64,000 nt of DNA from Basidiobolus meristosporus CBS 931.73 (Eukaryota; Fungi; Basidiobolomycota), in the NCBI GenBank assembly GCA_002104905.1, contig MCFE01000473.1:5058-69057 (forward strand). The letters are read 5' to 3'. The position numbers and the translations under genes were made by a program. The notes beneath the pieces are model-generated. The model was given only the letters and a program-made list of their open reading frames with translations. It was not told the origin of the DNA and made no database searches. Positions 11,101 to 22,962 of the stretch are shown here, piece after piece. Positions within the stretch are counted from its first letter, which is position 1, and every line of letters starts with the position of its first letter.

Positions 11101-12221
11101 TCACTGTCATCTGCAGCGCAGCACAAAAGCAGTTATTACCTTCCCAAGTGAAATCTACCGGTATCTAGCTACCTGATGATTTTAATAATAATGTTATTCG
11201 ATTGAAATATTGTCATAATTATGTCCTCGACAACTCACAAGCCGTTGATGATATCCAGGAACATGAATCCCACATCAATAGTTTATTGGTGGAGCCTAGC
11301 GTAGTGACCCCTTTGTTATAGGTTCGCCTTTTCCAACACAATGGCATCGTACAAAAACGGTTGCAATTATTAGGATGGTACCTTATTGTTCATATCAACT
11401 AATAACACATTTGGGGCAACGTTTTGGAAGCCAATTTTGGCTTGGAATTAATTTCGGAAGATCTCTCTTGCTGATAATTCACAACTGTGGGACAGCTGGG
11501 AAGTTAGAGAAGGCCTCAGACCTTACCCGCGTCTTTCAATGCACTTCCACAGCACAACACAGCAATATATCTGGTCCAACAAAGTTCTAAAAAGAATAGG
11601 AATACTGCACTTCCACTCCACAAGCTATCGTGTGATCAGATCACCTCAGTCCCAAGTATGCCACCAGCATATACTGCCCCGAGTAAAAATGCCATGGGCT
11701 CCTGGTGGTATTACATCCCACTTGTCACAATATTTTGCATATGAGGAGGGTTAACTAATGCCACTCCTACCCCAATTTTTTTGGCCATTGTAAGTAGAAT
11801 CCAAATCGGATTTTTGCTGATTGTGTATGGTACATTATTGATGGTGTTCATTGGCAAGTCACTAGGGTACATAGATCCAGCCAGTTGTGATGTTCTCTTG
11901 GAACAGATTACTGATTTATTTTTTGCATTAAGGGCGGACTTGACATTGGGTGGTGACATGAATGAAACTGAGTTATGTCTGATGAAGAACTCAATGGCAA
12001 TAGGCCATGGAACAACTTAGATAAAACCTGCCACTATCAGCGTAAGGGGCTTTAAGTACACTAGCACAACAGAACAAGTCTGTTACATGCTAATAGAAGC
12101 TTTGGATTGTGAGGTAGACTAAAAGGTACATGGAACCTACCAAATCTCAAGTTGGAAGTTTTTGCAAGGTCAGCTAGGGTAGTGTCCGAGGAGTTCTTCT
12201 CCCACCTAGCTAATTACTACA

Positions 12222-12762
12222 TGTTGTAATTATTTAGTCTACACCTAAACCATTCATATAACGTAAGATTCTACTTTGCTTGTGGCCAAGTTACGAGTTG
12301 TTTACCTATGATTTAGGTCATAAGTAATCAGCTAATTCTTAGAATCGGTGAAGGTCAGGAAGTAATAATATTGTCAAACCCGCCCAAAAGCCCCCAGCTT
12401 TGCACAGTGGTGCCTAGGATTTTCCTTGAAGCATTTTATCATTATTTTTACAAAGTTCCCCTAAAAGTATTAATACCTTACTTGAACTTAATCAAACAAT
12501 AAGTGAATATCATGCAATTTTCCTAGTTCTCCAACTCACCTCCAATACTCTCTAGAGTCTTGCGGCACAATCTCCAGTATTCTCTTGGGATCTAGCTCAC
12601 AAGGCACCTATTCTATAAGCTATAGAAGCCCTGATAATTCAAGATACTCTCAAATTTGCTCAAGGGTCTCCAACTCTACTCAAAGTTTGCTGTGGAACTC
12701 TTCAAGAAGTTAATACGGATTTGGCAGAATCTCCTCAATAATACCAATATCCATTTTCAACA
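12222..12762 (+). mobile_element. Solo LTR, copia-related family, in the gene-rich compartment
   Basis: Starts TGTTGTAAT and ends TTTTCAACA. Shares TTGTAATTATT..CACCTAA and CCCCAGCTTTGCACA blocks with the LTR pieces at 17221 and 20526. No TSD match (CTACA vs TAGTT). Confidence 0.55.
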
Positions 12763-14424
12763 TAGTTAGATAAAAGGCGAGAGCCACATTTCCTTCAGGC
12801 TCCAAGTCCCTTTCAGATCCTATCGCCAACCTGCAACATTTGGGAATTGAAGAGCTACAAACAATTGGCATTGTACATGCTGGAAAGCAACTTTCGAAGT
12901 TACAGCAGAAAGCTCATTGATTAAAATACTGTAAAATTGGATGTCTACATAGGTTTATCAGAAGATCTACCTCCGCCGAGCACCCCTGCAGTTACCCCAC
13001 TGAAATAGTCCTGCAAATATAGACATTGCTACAACGAGCGAAAAAAGCATACCTCAATCGCTTGCTGATGTGCATACAGCCACAGCTCACCCGCCATCAT
13101 AAATCGTCCGCAGCGTACAAAGCTGGTAGTGATTTGACGTATTTTTAAGCGATGCTTGAATATTATGTTTACAATTGCTATCAAATTACGAAGTTCCCAA
13201 CGACTCGGCACCCGATTGGCTACCAAAATACCGAGAACTTTAAAGCTTAACCTTGCAGTTAAATATTATAGTCGAGGTCCAAGAATTGTATACGCATAAT
13301 GATGACACCACGAGTATTCAATGAATCACCTGATCCTGTGGGGAGAAATAGAACACCCTAATCGTTACGGCGAGCTATAGATCAGCTTGCTTTGGTGGTG
13401 CTAGGAGCACTCGCTCCCACCGTACTTCATCAATAAAATCAAAATATAGAAAGCCAGGCACATGCCTTTCACATCTCGAGGAGATTGGCAAGGCCTGCAA
13501 GCTTTTGCATAATTGTTAATGTTGTAATACATTTTTTCATTTGAGCGAACTCGTATTATCGGGATTCCGTTTTTTAATATGGGGCTGAGTGGAGTGGGGT
13601 AAGGTGCTTGGCATCCTGAGGAAATCGGAATCCGAATTTCCGGCGGGTATGCTAAGATTGGAGAATGGCATGAATCCAACCATACTCCATCTTAGGATCA
13701 TGTGTGAATTTTCACTCGTTGGTTCACGACCGATTCTCTATCTTGATAGAATACTCATGTCTCAAGATCGATTGCATTAGGCGAGTTGGTCTCCGTTTGC
13801 GCAAGAATGAAAGAGCTCGGGTTCTGACTAGCCTTGCCATCTTGAAGTCGAATCCTCAAATCGGTCACAGCCCAACTGCTTCATCCTTAGTGTTGGGCCG
13901 TAGGAATCATACGATGTATCCAGGTGGCCTTTCTTGGTTCTAACTATAATAGGCATCAAGTGGTTCTCTACCATGCGCAGTTTAAGCCTCCACCAAGGTA
14001 ATACACTGCCAGCAATGACATCATACTCTCAGCGCCATTGATTTAGTGTGTCCGTCCTTCTTGAGGAAAGATTGCCATACCTAATCATTGGCTAGAAACA
14101 AACATGACGAAAGCTCAACATGAGAAGTGGGATGGCGATAGGTTTTGGAGGGAATGGTAGAACCAGTCACGGAGATATCTTCGGATCTGAGGCGGAATCG
14201 TGAAATGCTCCAGGATGATCGGGAGGTCGGAGTCAGCTCGGACACAGGAACTACTAAACGCCGAGATGAGATTCAACAGAGCGATGGCCTGAGAAGTCCA
14301 ATATAAAAGCCACCATCCACCGACGGATGCTGATACCATTCTTTAATTCGATCCTATTCATCCTTAACCATCTGGTGTAGTTCCTTAACCGTAACCTAAC
14401 TGACTTCCATTCATTTGGTTAAAG

Positions 14425-15639
14425 ATGCAGGTTCCAGAGGTCATTTACACATTGGTTAACACCCCCAAGGGCCCATTGCCAAACACCCCTTCGCATAAAT
14501 ATTCAGTCAGCAAAGGATTGCAAATCCCGTACTCACACCATCTAGTGTCCTATTCGATTACGAGCCCACAAAAAAGCATCATGTCATCTATCTCTACCTA
14601 TACCTCAGTCGATTCGCAGAACTCTGGCATTACCGATCTCCAGATTCCAGAGCGGTTCCTGTTCTCCGCAGTCAAGGAAAAGAAATCCAAAAAAAGCTTT
14701 AACTTTCCTAACCTTTTAAAAGTCAGATCGAGGAGTTCGAAGAAGAAGATCGTGGAACAGCTTCCATTGTTGGACGCGCTGCGAAAGCGGAATCTCCCGA
14801 CATTGGCTGAGCTTTACGGCTCATTTTCGGACAACATGGGGAACGGGGCGAGCGGGAATGTCCGGGCAACATTTTCTCTACGTGACGGGAAAAAATACGC
14901 AGTGAAGACGTACAGGGCCAAGCACGAAGGCCAGAAAAAGAAGCAGTACTTTGAACGTATCAGCAGCGAAATCTACATAGGTGCCTCCCTCTCCCATCGG
15001 AATATCATTCGCACGATTGATGTTATCATGGAGGAAGGCAAGATCCATCAGATCATGGAATTCTGTCCGAACGACCTTATCACCATTGTCCAAGGCGGCC
15101 TAGCATCTGCAGAGCAGCTCGACCAGTATTTCCTCCAGATGATGGAGGGCCTCAGGTATCTCCATCACCGGGGGGTCGCCCATCGAGATGTGAAGTTGGA
15201 GAATCTGTGCGTCAACGAAGAAGGGGTCCTGAAAATCATTGACTTTGGAAGTAGCTTCATCGTAACAAACCCGTTCGATCTGTTTCAAACAAAATCTGCC
15301 ACCTCCTTCGTGGGGACCGATCCATACATAGCACCGGAGATTCAGGACAGAAAGGCTTACGATGCTACCAAGGCTGATATATGGTCAGCTGGAGTGGTCT
15401 ACGTGGTGATGGTACTAAAGCGATTCCCCTGGAAGGCGGCCCTTCCAAGCGAGAAGAGCTATACGAGCTTTCTCCAAAACCGAGATCAGGACGAATTCTT
15501 CCGGCTGCTCCCTGCTGGGTCAATCCCGCTAATCCGGCAAATGCTGGATCCCAACCCAGATACACGTGCCACAATAGATGAGGTGTTTAATGATTCATGG
15601 TTGCAAAGCCTAAGAACCCCATCTTCGCTCGATACATAA
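14425..15639 (+). CDS. HAL/NPR-family (Hal4/Sat4/Hrk1-like) Ser/Thr protein kinase, intronless; true start may be the ATG at 14581
   Basis: Intact motifs GNGASG, YAVK, alphaC ISSEIYIG, HRDVKLEN, DFG, GTDPYIAPE, DIWSAGVV, FPW. Confidence 0.9.
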   Translation: MQVPEVIYTLVNTPKGPLPNTPSHKYSVSKGLQIPYSHHLVSYSITSPQKSIMSSISTYTSVDSQNSGITDLQIPERFLFSAVKEKKSKKSFNFPNLLKVRSRSSKKKIVEQLPLLDALRKRNLPTLAELYGSFSDNMGNGASGNVRATFSLRDGKKYAVKTYRAKHEGQKKKQYFERISSEIYIGASLSHRNIIRTIDVIMEEGKIHQIMEFCPNDLITIVQGGLASAEQLDQYFLQMMEGLRYLHHRGVAHRDVKLENLCVNEEGVLKIIDFGSSFIVTNPFDLFQTKSATSFVGTDPYIAPEIQDRKAYDATKADIWSAGVVYVVMVLKRFPWKAALPSEKSYTSFLQNRDQDEFFRLLPAGSIPLIRQMLDPNPDTRATIDEVFNDSWLQSLRTPSSLDT

Positions 15640-16681
15640 TACATATATATTGATGTAATATACCAACTAACTATCTCATATCTCGTCCCACACAAGCGTT
15701 GAATACCTCGTATGCCTGCAGTATATATCTCACCACTCACGCCTAGAAAATGTAACATACCTCAATAAAGCATTGTTCATCTCTCACAATCCCTGGCCTT
15801 CCTTGGCATTTTATTCTGTGGCAACCGCTGAAGAAAGCCTACGCTCCTTATTGGCGGACATGACAGCAATCTTACCTCGCGTCACACGGGTACGTTACGC
15901 TACGACTGACTTTCAGTAACCTGCATGCAAGTGTGCCAACCAACAACAATGCATCATGGAATTCAGTTCGGAATTAGGAAGGATCTAGCTGGCCGGCATG
16001 GGTGATTCCTGGCACAAGCCATCACTTGAACTCGAGTCATGACAGTGCACCAATAAGCAGCACTTTTCTGATTGCCCAAATTTCAGCAACACCATCTGAT
16101 TGGATGAATGACGCTGTCCATCCCAATATACTGGTTTCACATATATATATCACATATATCTATCAAACTTCATTGTGCCTGCCCTCTAATAATGCCAGGA
16201 TACAGGCAAAGGGATTCACTCATGTATCAACAATACCCCCTGATCATGCAGGCAACCCGAATCCACAGTTATCTGACAGGCACACAACAAATATTGAGCA
16301 GACATGTAGCCAGATTACTTGTACCAATTCTGCTGTAAGCACCAGTTATAATCATATTTATTATGGACTGAACCTCACCTCACTATAGGTATTTCTATGC
16401 TTGCCTTGTACTGTCTTCAGCACCCACATTTGACAATTACTTGTCATTTCCAATGAGATAAATCTAATTTCCATACTTAAATGTGGAGGAAAAACATTGC
16501 TGCTCTATGCAAAATTCTTTAGCATCCATGGGATATTTATTATCAACATTGTCAAGATCTACCTTAACAACAATCTCAAAGGCCAGCCAAATCACAATGG
16601 AGGTGGCTATAGGATACTATCTTTTGTAGCTTAGTTTGACTGCTAGTTGGTCTAGTTTCCTCCCAGAAAATATGTTTGCTT

Positions 16682-16830
16682 TGTTATAAAATTTTTTAAT
16701 TCTAACAAACTATTCACCTAGTTTAGTAACTTAGGTCATTACCTACAAATCTTAGAGATTAATGTCCAAATTCCCTGTTGAAATTTGTTCAGGACAGAAT
16801 GTTAATCACAAATAAGATCTATGTGACTAG
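16682..16830 (+). mobile_element. Partial copia-family LTR (5' part)
   Basis: TGTTATAAA start; TTAGTAACTTAGGTCATTACCTACAAATC...CAAATTCCCTGTTG aligns with 20560-20630. Confidence 0.5.
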
Positions 16831-16904
16831 GTTAGCATAAAGATTTAGATGATAACTTAATGATTACAACACCATTCAACAAGATGTTAATAGGTAATAA
16901 ACCC

Positions 16905-17718
16905 AAATTTAGAGTGTGCAATCTGAAATAAAGCATATAAAATTTAACTATGTTGCATACTGGACCAATATATTGCCCAGTATATGCATTTGTGCTCAAC
17001 TTAATTGAACAAGTAACTAGTAACTCAATGCACATATCAGCTTCATAGTATGTCTAAAAATCATAATGATCTGAGCATAATCTTAATGATCAACTTTGAT
17101 TACCTACACAGGCTTGAATAATGAGCTAAGCATGACTGTTATATTGTAATAATGATATATTTTCTCTGAGCTATTTAATGCTTCTTATTTGAGCAAAATC
17201 GGTTCAACTATGGTCAAGTGTATTGTAATTATTAAGCGGTCACCTAAGTATTCAAGCTAACTTAGTTGTATAGATCTTACTCTGAGATTAGCATTCCATC
17301 CTGGCCAAATCTTATGTTGGGACTTACTCAGAATATTTTCACCAAATTATCAGGTACCTGAGTTATGACCTTTCTCAAAGTTGTACAAAAGAACCCAAAC
17401 TTTGCACACACATTCTTAGGACCTTCCTTAGCAAACTCTACACATTATTGTGCCCAGAGGCTATAAGGCATTATTACAATCTGGTGGTCAAACTCAGCAC
17501 ATTATTCAAGCCCATGCAAGTGACCAAAGATGATGATTAATAATCTGATCAGATCATTCCAGTTTACAGGCATACAATTTAGTAGATATGGCCATTGAAT
17601 CACAAGTTGGTTGTTCAATTAAGTTGAGCACAAATGCATATACCATTGGATAATTCATTAGTCCAGTATGCAAAATAGTTAGACTTAATATGCTTCACTA
17701 TAGATTGCACACTCTTAA
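16905..17718. repeat. Imperfect inverted repeat, arms ~16905-17022 and ~17610-17718, enclosing an LTR fragment
   Basis: ATATGCATTTGTGCTCAACTTAATTGAACAA has its reverse complement TTGTTCAATTAAGTTGAGCACAAATGCATAT at ~17611; similarity extends over ~110 bp. Confidence 0.75.
17221..17478 (+). mobile_element. Partial copia-family LTR
   Basis: TATTGTAATT start (decayed TGTTG); CCCAAACTTTGCACACA..TTCTTAGGACCTTCCTTAG aligns with the LTR at 20526-20857. Confidence 0.55.
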
Positions 17719-17719
17719 T

Positions 17720-19360
17720 AGACTTGTTCTGTTGGATAGTGCCACACAATGCCAGCCTGTTTATAGTGCCAGATTGATTCAGCACTCTATAGGACTATCT
17801 GACACCATACTACCTGAACTTCCAGTCCCAGACCACAGGACACTCCCAGGAAACTGCACTGACAGCCAACTGACCTTGGAGGCACTACTTGTGAGGAATA
17901 CTCAGAGTAGGTATCTTTTATTATATTCAACTCTTTCCCAAGTTTGTTCTTGTACAGGCAAAGATACCTTCTTGTCTTTGCAACTATTGAACACAGCTGC
18001 ATTCTTATCAAGTCCTTGCTGGTGGAGTTTACTGTTGTTTTGACTTTGGAAGCTTTAGTACATTGTCATCTCAAAGGACACTGAACCCAGCACATACTTT
18101 TGTTAAGATGCCAACTAAGTTGGGGATTGTAGCTCAATAGTATTCCCTTGACAAGCTTGAGGCTTTATTCCCCATCACATTAGATTAGAGACAGAACCCA
18201 AATATCCCCAGCAAGCTTTTGCCAGAGGTTATTGCACCTAGTGAATACCTCACACACAAAACACTTGAGAAGTGTTGGACATACCTCTCCCTTGGATTTA
18301 TACACCACCACACTGCTTGAGTTCTTGCCAGATGATTTTAGTATTGCCCAAGTGTCTATGATGAGCCATCATACAGATATTTGGGCACTAGTCAATAATC
18401 TAGTAGAGCTGGGTACCTCAGAGAGTTGACAGCAATGGAAGAATTTGAGTGGAAAGCTGTGGCATGAGTTTTTCATCAAGATACCCAAAGATGTTTGTAA
18501 GAAGACATACAATATAATAATTATTGAAGTCAAGAATGAGCTAAAAGTTGGCAGATTTGATGAGGAAGCTCTGTGCAAACAGTTCTGTATGCAATTTGCA
18601 TGGTACAAACCAGATGCATTTGTTTGTGCCTCAACTTTGGGAACCAAACAGATTTTGAATGGGTTTTTGCCACAAATAACAAATGTACTGCATGATATAT
18701 TAGTAGAGCCAAGTGGCTCCTGCAAGCAATATTCCCAAGATTCATCAAGGCTGCATTTCAAAGCATCAGACAGCAGGCACATGAATACCTTGAGGAATTA
18801 GAAGAGAGCTTCCAGAGAAAGAATACACACTGCAGGCAACTGCATTGGGACTGTGACAGCACACCTTACTGGATTCCTCACTGATTGTTGCAATGCCAAC
18901 ATACTGGTGCACATCAGTCTAACCCACACCAGCATCCTTATCCAGGGGACCACACACCAAAATGACACACATTGGGCCAACACTGGTGGCTCAGAGTAAA
19001 AATACTAGAACTTGCCAAACCACTCTATTTGACACAGGTCCACTGGAGCAGGCCAGATTATGATTACACACAACATCACATTGAACTCAGCCAAGGGCCA
19101 TGCCAGTGTGTCATGCTGCACCTGTACATGCTGTTACACCTGACTATTGGCAAGTTACTTCTGGCAAACTGACCACTAAAAACCCATCACAAATACCTCC
19201 ACCTCAGAGGCCTTTGGCAAGTAAAAGAACTTGTCAGCATGTAGCACCTCAGGCTGGCTTTGTAACATCCTCTTGTGCAATTCAGCATGGCCAAGCTAGA
19301 GCACTGCACTCATCAACCAGGAGGCTAAATACTGAGTCAAGTACACAAGTGACCTAGATG
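17720..19360 (+). repeat. Unclassified dispersed repeat with decayed coding potential
   Basis: 17800-18310 recurs as a reverse complement at 34519-35030, and 17721-17780 recurs at ~63050-63110. No TE domain recognised. Confidence 0.65.
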
Positions 19361-19424
19361 ATCATTAATAAAGAAGTAGTTTAGGAGTGCAGAGTGAATA
19401 ACTACCAGATGCTTCAATAGTAAT

Positions 19425-20857
19425 CCCTGTGCAAGATAGATTCTTATCTGAAATCTTTGAGTTTCAAGAGGAGTAATGCTGACTATAATATATACCATAA
19501 GCCAGATAGAGCAAATCTAGTTCTATTAGCTCTATATGTGAATGACCCTTTTATAGCCACTAATAACCTAGAAACATTAGAAGTGACTAAATCTAGCCTA
19601 TCTAAGAAGTTCAAGATATCCAATCTAGGAGAACTCAGTTACTAATTAGGGATTAAGCCGTCCATAGACTGAAGTACCCAGACTATTACCCTAAGCCAAT
19701 CCAAGTATATTCAAGATATACTAAAGAAGTACCAAATGGAAGACTGTAAACTGGCAGCTACCCCAATGAAAACAAACCTTAACTTGGTCAAAACTCAACC
19801 AAATCAAGAGAGCTTGGTGCCATCTGAAAGCCCTGACTTTCCTTATCAATCTATGGTTGGCGGTCTGATGTATATCATGCTTGGAACGCGTCCAGATATC
19901 TCATATTCAGTGGGAGTTGTCAGCCAACATAATCAGAACTATGGATCTGATCATATTGCAGCAGTTAAGCAGATTTTTAGTTATCTAAAAGGAACTACTG
20001 ATATCTGCTTAAGATACACTTATAAGGATTCAGAATAGGATCTTGTGGGATACTCTGATGCAGATTGAGGACAAAATTTGGAAGACAGAAGATCCACCAG
20101 GGGATACACCTTGCTTTACTGTAAAGGAGCAATTTCATGGAATTCAAGAAAGCAGCCAACTATAGCACTTTCTACCATAGAGGCAGAGTATATGGCAGCC
20201 TATGAAGCTGCAAAAGAAGTAATGTGGCTAAGAAAGCTTCTTACAGATTTAGGCCTATGTCAAAAAATGCCTATTACATTATTTCAAGATAATCAAGGAT
20301 GTATACAATTAGGTAAAAATCCAACTTTTCATGCTAGAACCAAGCAAATAAGTATTAGACATCATCTCATACATGAAGCTATAGGGAATAACTTAGTTAG
20401 ATTAGTTTACTGTCCTACAGATGAAAGATTGCAGACATGTTTACAAAACCATCAGCTAGTGACAAGTTTGAATATCTTAGGTCAAAATTAGGACTAGTCA
20501 GTATGAGCATTTAGCTGAGTGAGAGTGTTGTAAAGACTTGTATTTCCACCTAAATACTCCCCTAACTTAGTCACTTAGAGCATTACCTTCAAATCCTAGA
20601 GAATACTGACCAAATTCCTTGTTGGGATTTACTTGGATTATTTACCCAGAACATGAAAATTCTCAAAGTTGTCCAAACAGCCCCAAGCTTTGCACACATG
20701 TTCTTGGAACCTTTCTTAGTCTATTCTATCTGTTTGTAATGCCAAGATCATGTAAAAGTATAAATACTGCTTTTACATTCAATAAATCATTAAGTGAAAA
20801 CCACATAATCTACTTGGTCTCCCAATCACTTCCAATATCTCAAAGACTCTTACAACA
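19425..20857 (+). mobile_element. Ty1/copia retrotransposon, 3' fragment: RT end, RNase H, PPT and 3' LTR (20526-20857)
   Basis: Motifs LALYVND, YQSMVGGLMYIMLGTRPDI, ISWNSRKQPTIALSTIEAEYMAA, KQISIRHH. The LTR TGTTGTAAAG...CTCTTACAACA follows a purine-rich tract. Confidence 0.92.
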
Positions 20858-22962
20858 AAATCCCTATATGCAATGAGACAACACCCGTTGAAACAAATGC
20901 CCAGGATACTTTATGAAGGCAAGTGAGCCCAGTATTCCATCTACTGGTGAATGATGTAATGTTGTGGCAAGAGAAGTGGCATGTTTCCACTAATATCAGT
21001 AATGGGGGCTTTGAGGATTTATTACTACTTCTTGCCAAATTCATACCATGATGCAACTTACCATGTACATGGTACAAGTGGACAACCATCATGCAGCTGG
21101 CAACCTATGATCAAGCAACTGTCCTGATTCCAGCATGTGTTAACAGTTGCATGGCATTTACATCCAAAAATGCTACCATTGCATCATGTCCAAATTGTCA
21201 GGAATGCACCACCATTGAGGAAAAACATTGTTCCCACTCTAGATATATTCCAGTCATACACCATCTGAGGAAGCTGATGCAGTTCAACAAATATTGCAAA
21301 TCTATACAGTACCACAGTCAGTGTCAATCAAGTGCAAACATAATCAATATATTTGATGGCAAACATTACCAACAGCTAGGAAGCAAGGGCTACTTTGAAG
21401 GTGTGTATGACCATGCCTTTGCTTTAGCACTTGATGGATTCTTGTTAAACAAGCACTCTACCAGCAAATCCTGCTGGCCACTGATTCTCATCAATCTGAA
21501 TCTGCCACCCATCTTATGGTATCAGAGCAATAATCTGATGGTAGTCTCACTGGTATCTGGGCCTATATCACCATCCAACCTTGATGGCTACAAGTATCCA
21601 TTGCTGGATGAATTTTGTATGCTTTCCAGCAGGATAACCATGAAAGGCCATCATGTAAAAGCACATATTATTATCTGCATTGGAGTTACCCCAGCCATCA
21701 GCAAGATAGCAGGTTTTTCCAGGCACAATGGACAGTATTGCTGTCTAATGTGTGAGATCCAGGGGATTAATCCATAACTTGCCAACATTATTATTACCCA
21801 AACACTAGCACCAAGAAAATCATCTTTCCACAGAGAGAACACAGAGAAGTCAGTATGCAATTGCAGCAAAGTTGGCAAGCTATAAGCCATTGGCCAGAAT
21901 ATAGAATCAATAGGAAACCAGAGATACTCAAGATACAGGGTATCTGCTGGAGCAAATGCTTTCCATGGCAAGCAATGCATTTGCTTTTCAGCAATATCCC
22001 TATACTGATGACCAAGTTGTATAAGGGGTATTTCAGGCTAAGTGAGCCCTTTGAGATACTGGAGAAATTTGAAAGACTTGGCAAGATATTACAGAGTATC
22101 TGCTACCCTAAGTACTTCTCATGGGCTCCAATTAATATTCATACACACTTGCAATAATAATACAAATGCAAAGACTGGATGAGCAGGATATATATTTATT
22201 CAAGTGGTGTTCTGAAGCCATTCCTACCAAGAGTACATTGGAAGCATTGGTAGTCATATGTGGACATTGTGGGATTATATATCCAGAAGTCAATCACCAG
22301 TCCCAGCTTGACACATCTACAGCTATTGTGTGAGGAGTTTGTGATGGGATGTGAGTGGCTATACTAAAAACATAAAGCTGAATGAATAGATCTCTGCTGC
22401 TACTGTATCCATCCTCTACTCCATCTTGCATGGTGTGTGGGAAATATTGGGCCTTGCTTCACCTTCTGGGAGTTTCTATGGAGCAGATGTATGGGGAGAT
22501 AGGAAGACAAGTCAAGTTGCTGGTACTACCATATCCTAATCTCATCAAGAATATTACCTTCAAGTCCATCATGGATGTGATGAGTTGTCACATGGAGGAC
22601 AGTCAAGAAGAGTTGGAAAATCTGAGGACAAATGTGCACATGGAGACACCTATGCCTATGGCATTAAGAAGCTAAGCAGCTGCAATGTGTGGGTAATTAG
22701 TTAAGTAATGCAAGGTTAGGTTGGGTGCAACAAGCAACTTATGTTTACCAGGAAAACTCTACCAAGATATGCCAGATTTCCCATGGCCACAAGCCAACTT
22801 CTACACCATTCAGTGCAGAATTCACATAAACAAAAGCCAGAGCACACCTATCAGGGGAACTAGAATCCAGCAGGGAGAAGGAATATATTGGCTAAATATT
22901 GCGAAGTTCTTTGCAGATATTCAGGAGGTATTCATGGCAGAAGTGGGAACTATTAAGCATAT
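20858..22962 (+). mobile_element. CACTA/EnSpm copy A, transposase region (host of copy B; continues at 28748-29207 and ~30395-30430)
   Basis: Tnp2-like motifs FDGKHYQQL, ALALDGF, SCWPLILINLNLPP, IGVTPAISKIAGFSRHNGQYCC, HPLLHLAW...WEF; colinear with copy B at 25970-28070. Confidence 0.9.

Noticed and set aside
13914-14040. Plus-strand IKWFSTMRS as homeodomain helix 3 behind a small intron
   Set aside because: It lacks the invariant Asn, has no in-frame helix 1/2 upstream, and lies on the opposite strand to the helix-1-like fragment.
5000-14400. CAAX pheromone precursor, Mi-like peptide or alpha-box gene near the HMG gene
   Set aside because: I searched the ORF track and nearby frames by eye and found no convincing ATG-initiated CAAX ORF or alpha-box motif; very short or spliced genes could have been missed.
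15955-16025. tRNA gene acting as a heterochromatin barrier (GTTCGGAATT B-box-like)
   Set aside because: No A-box or cloverleaf can be formed.
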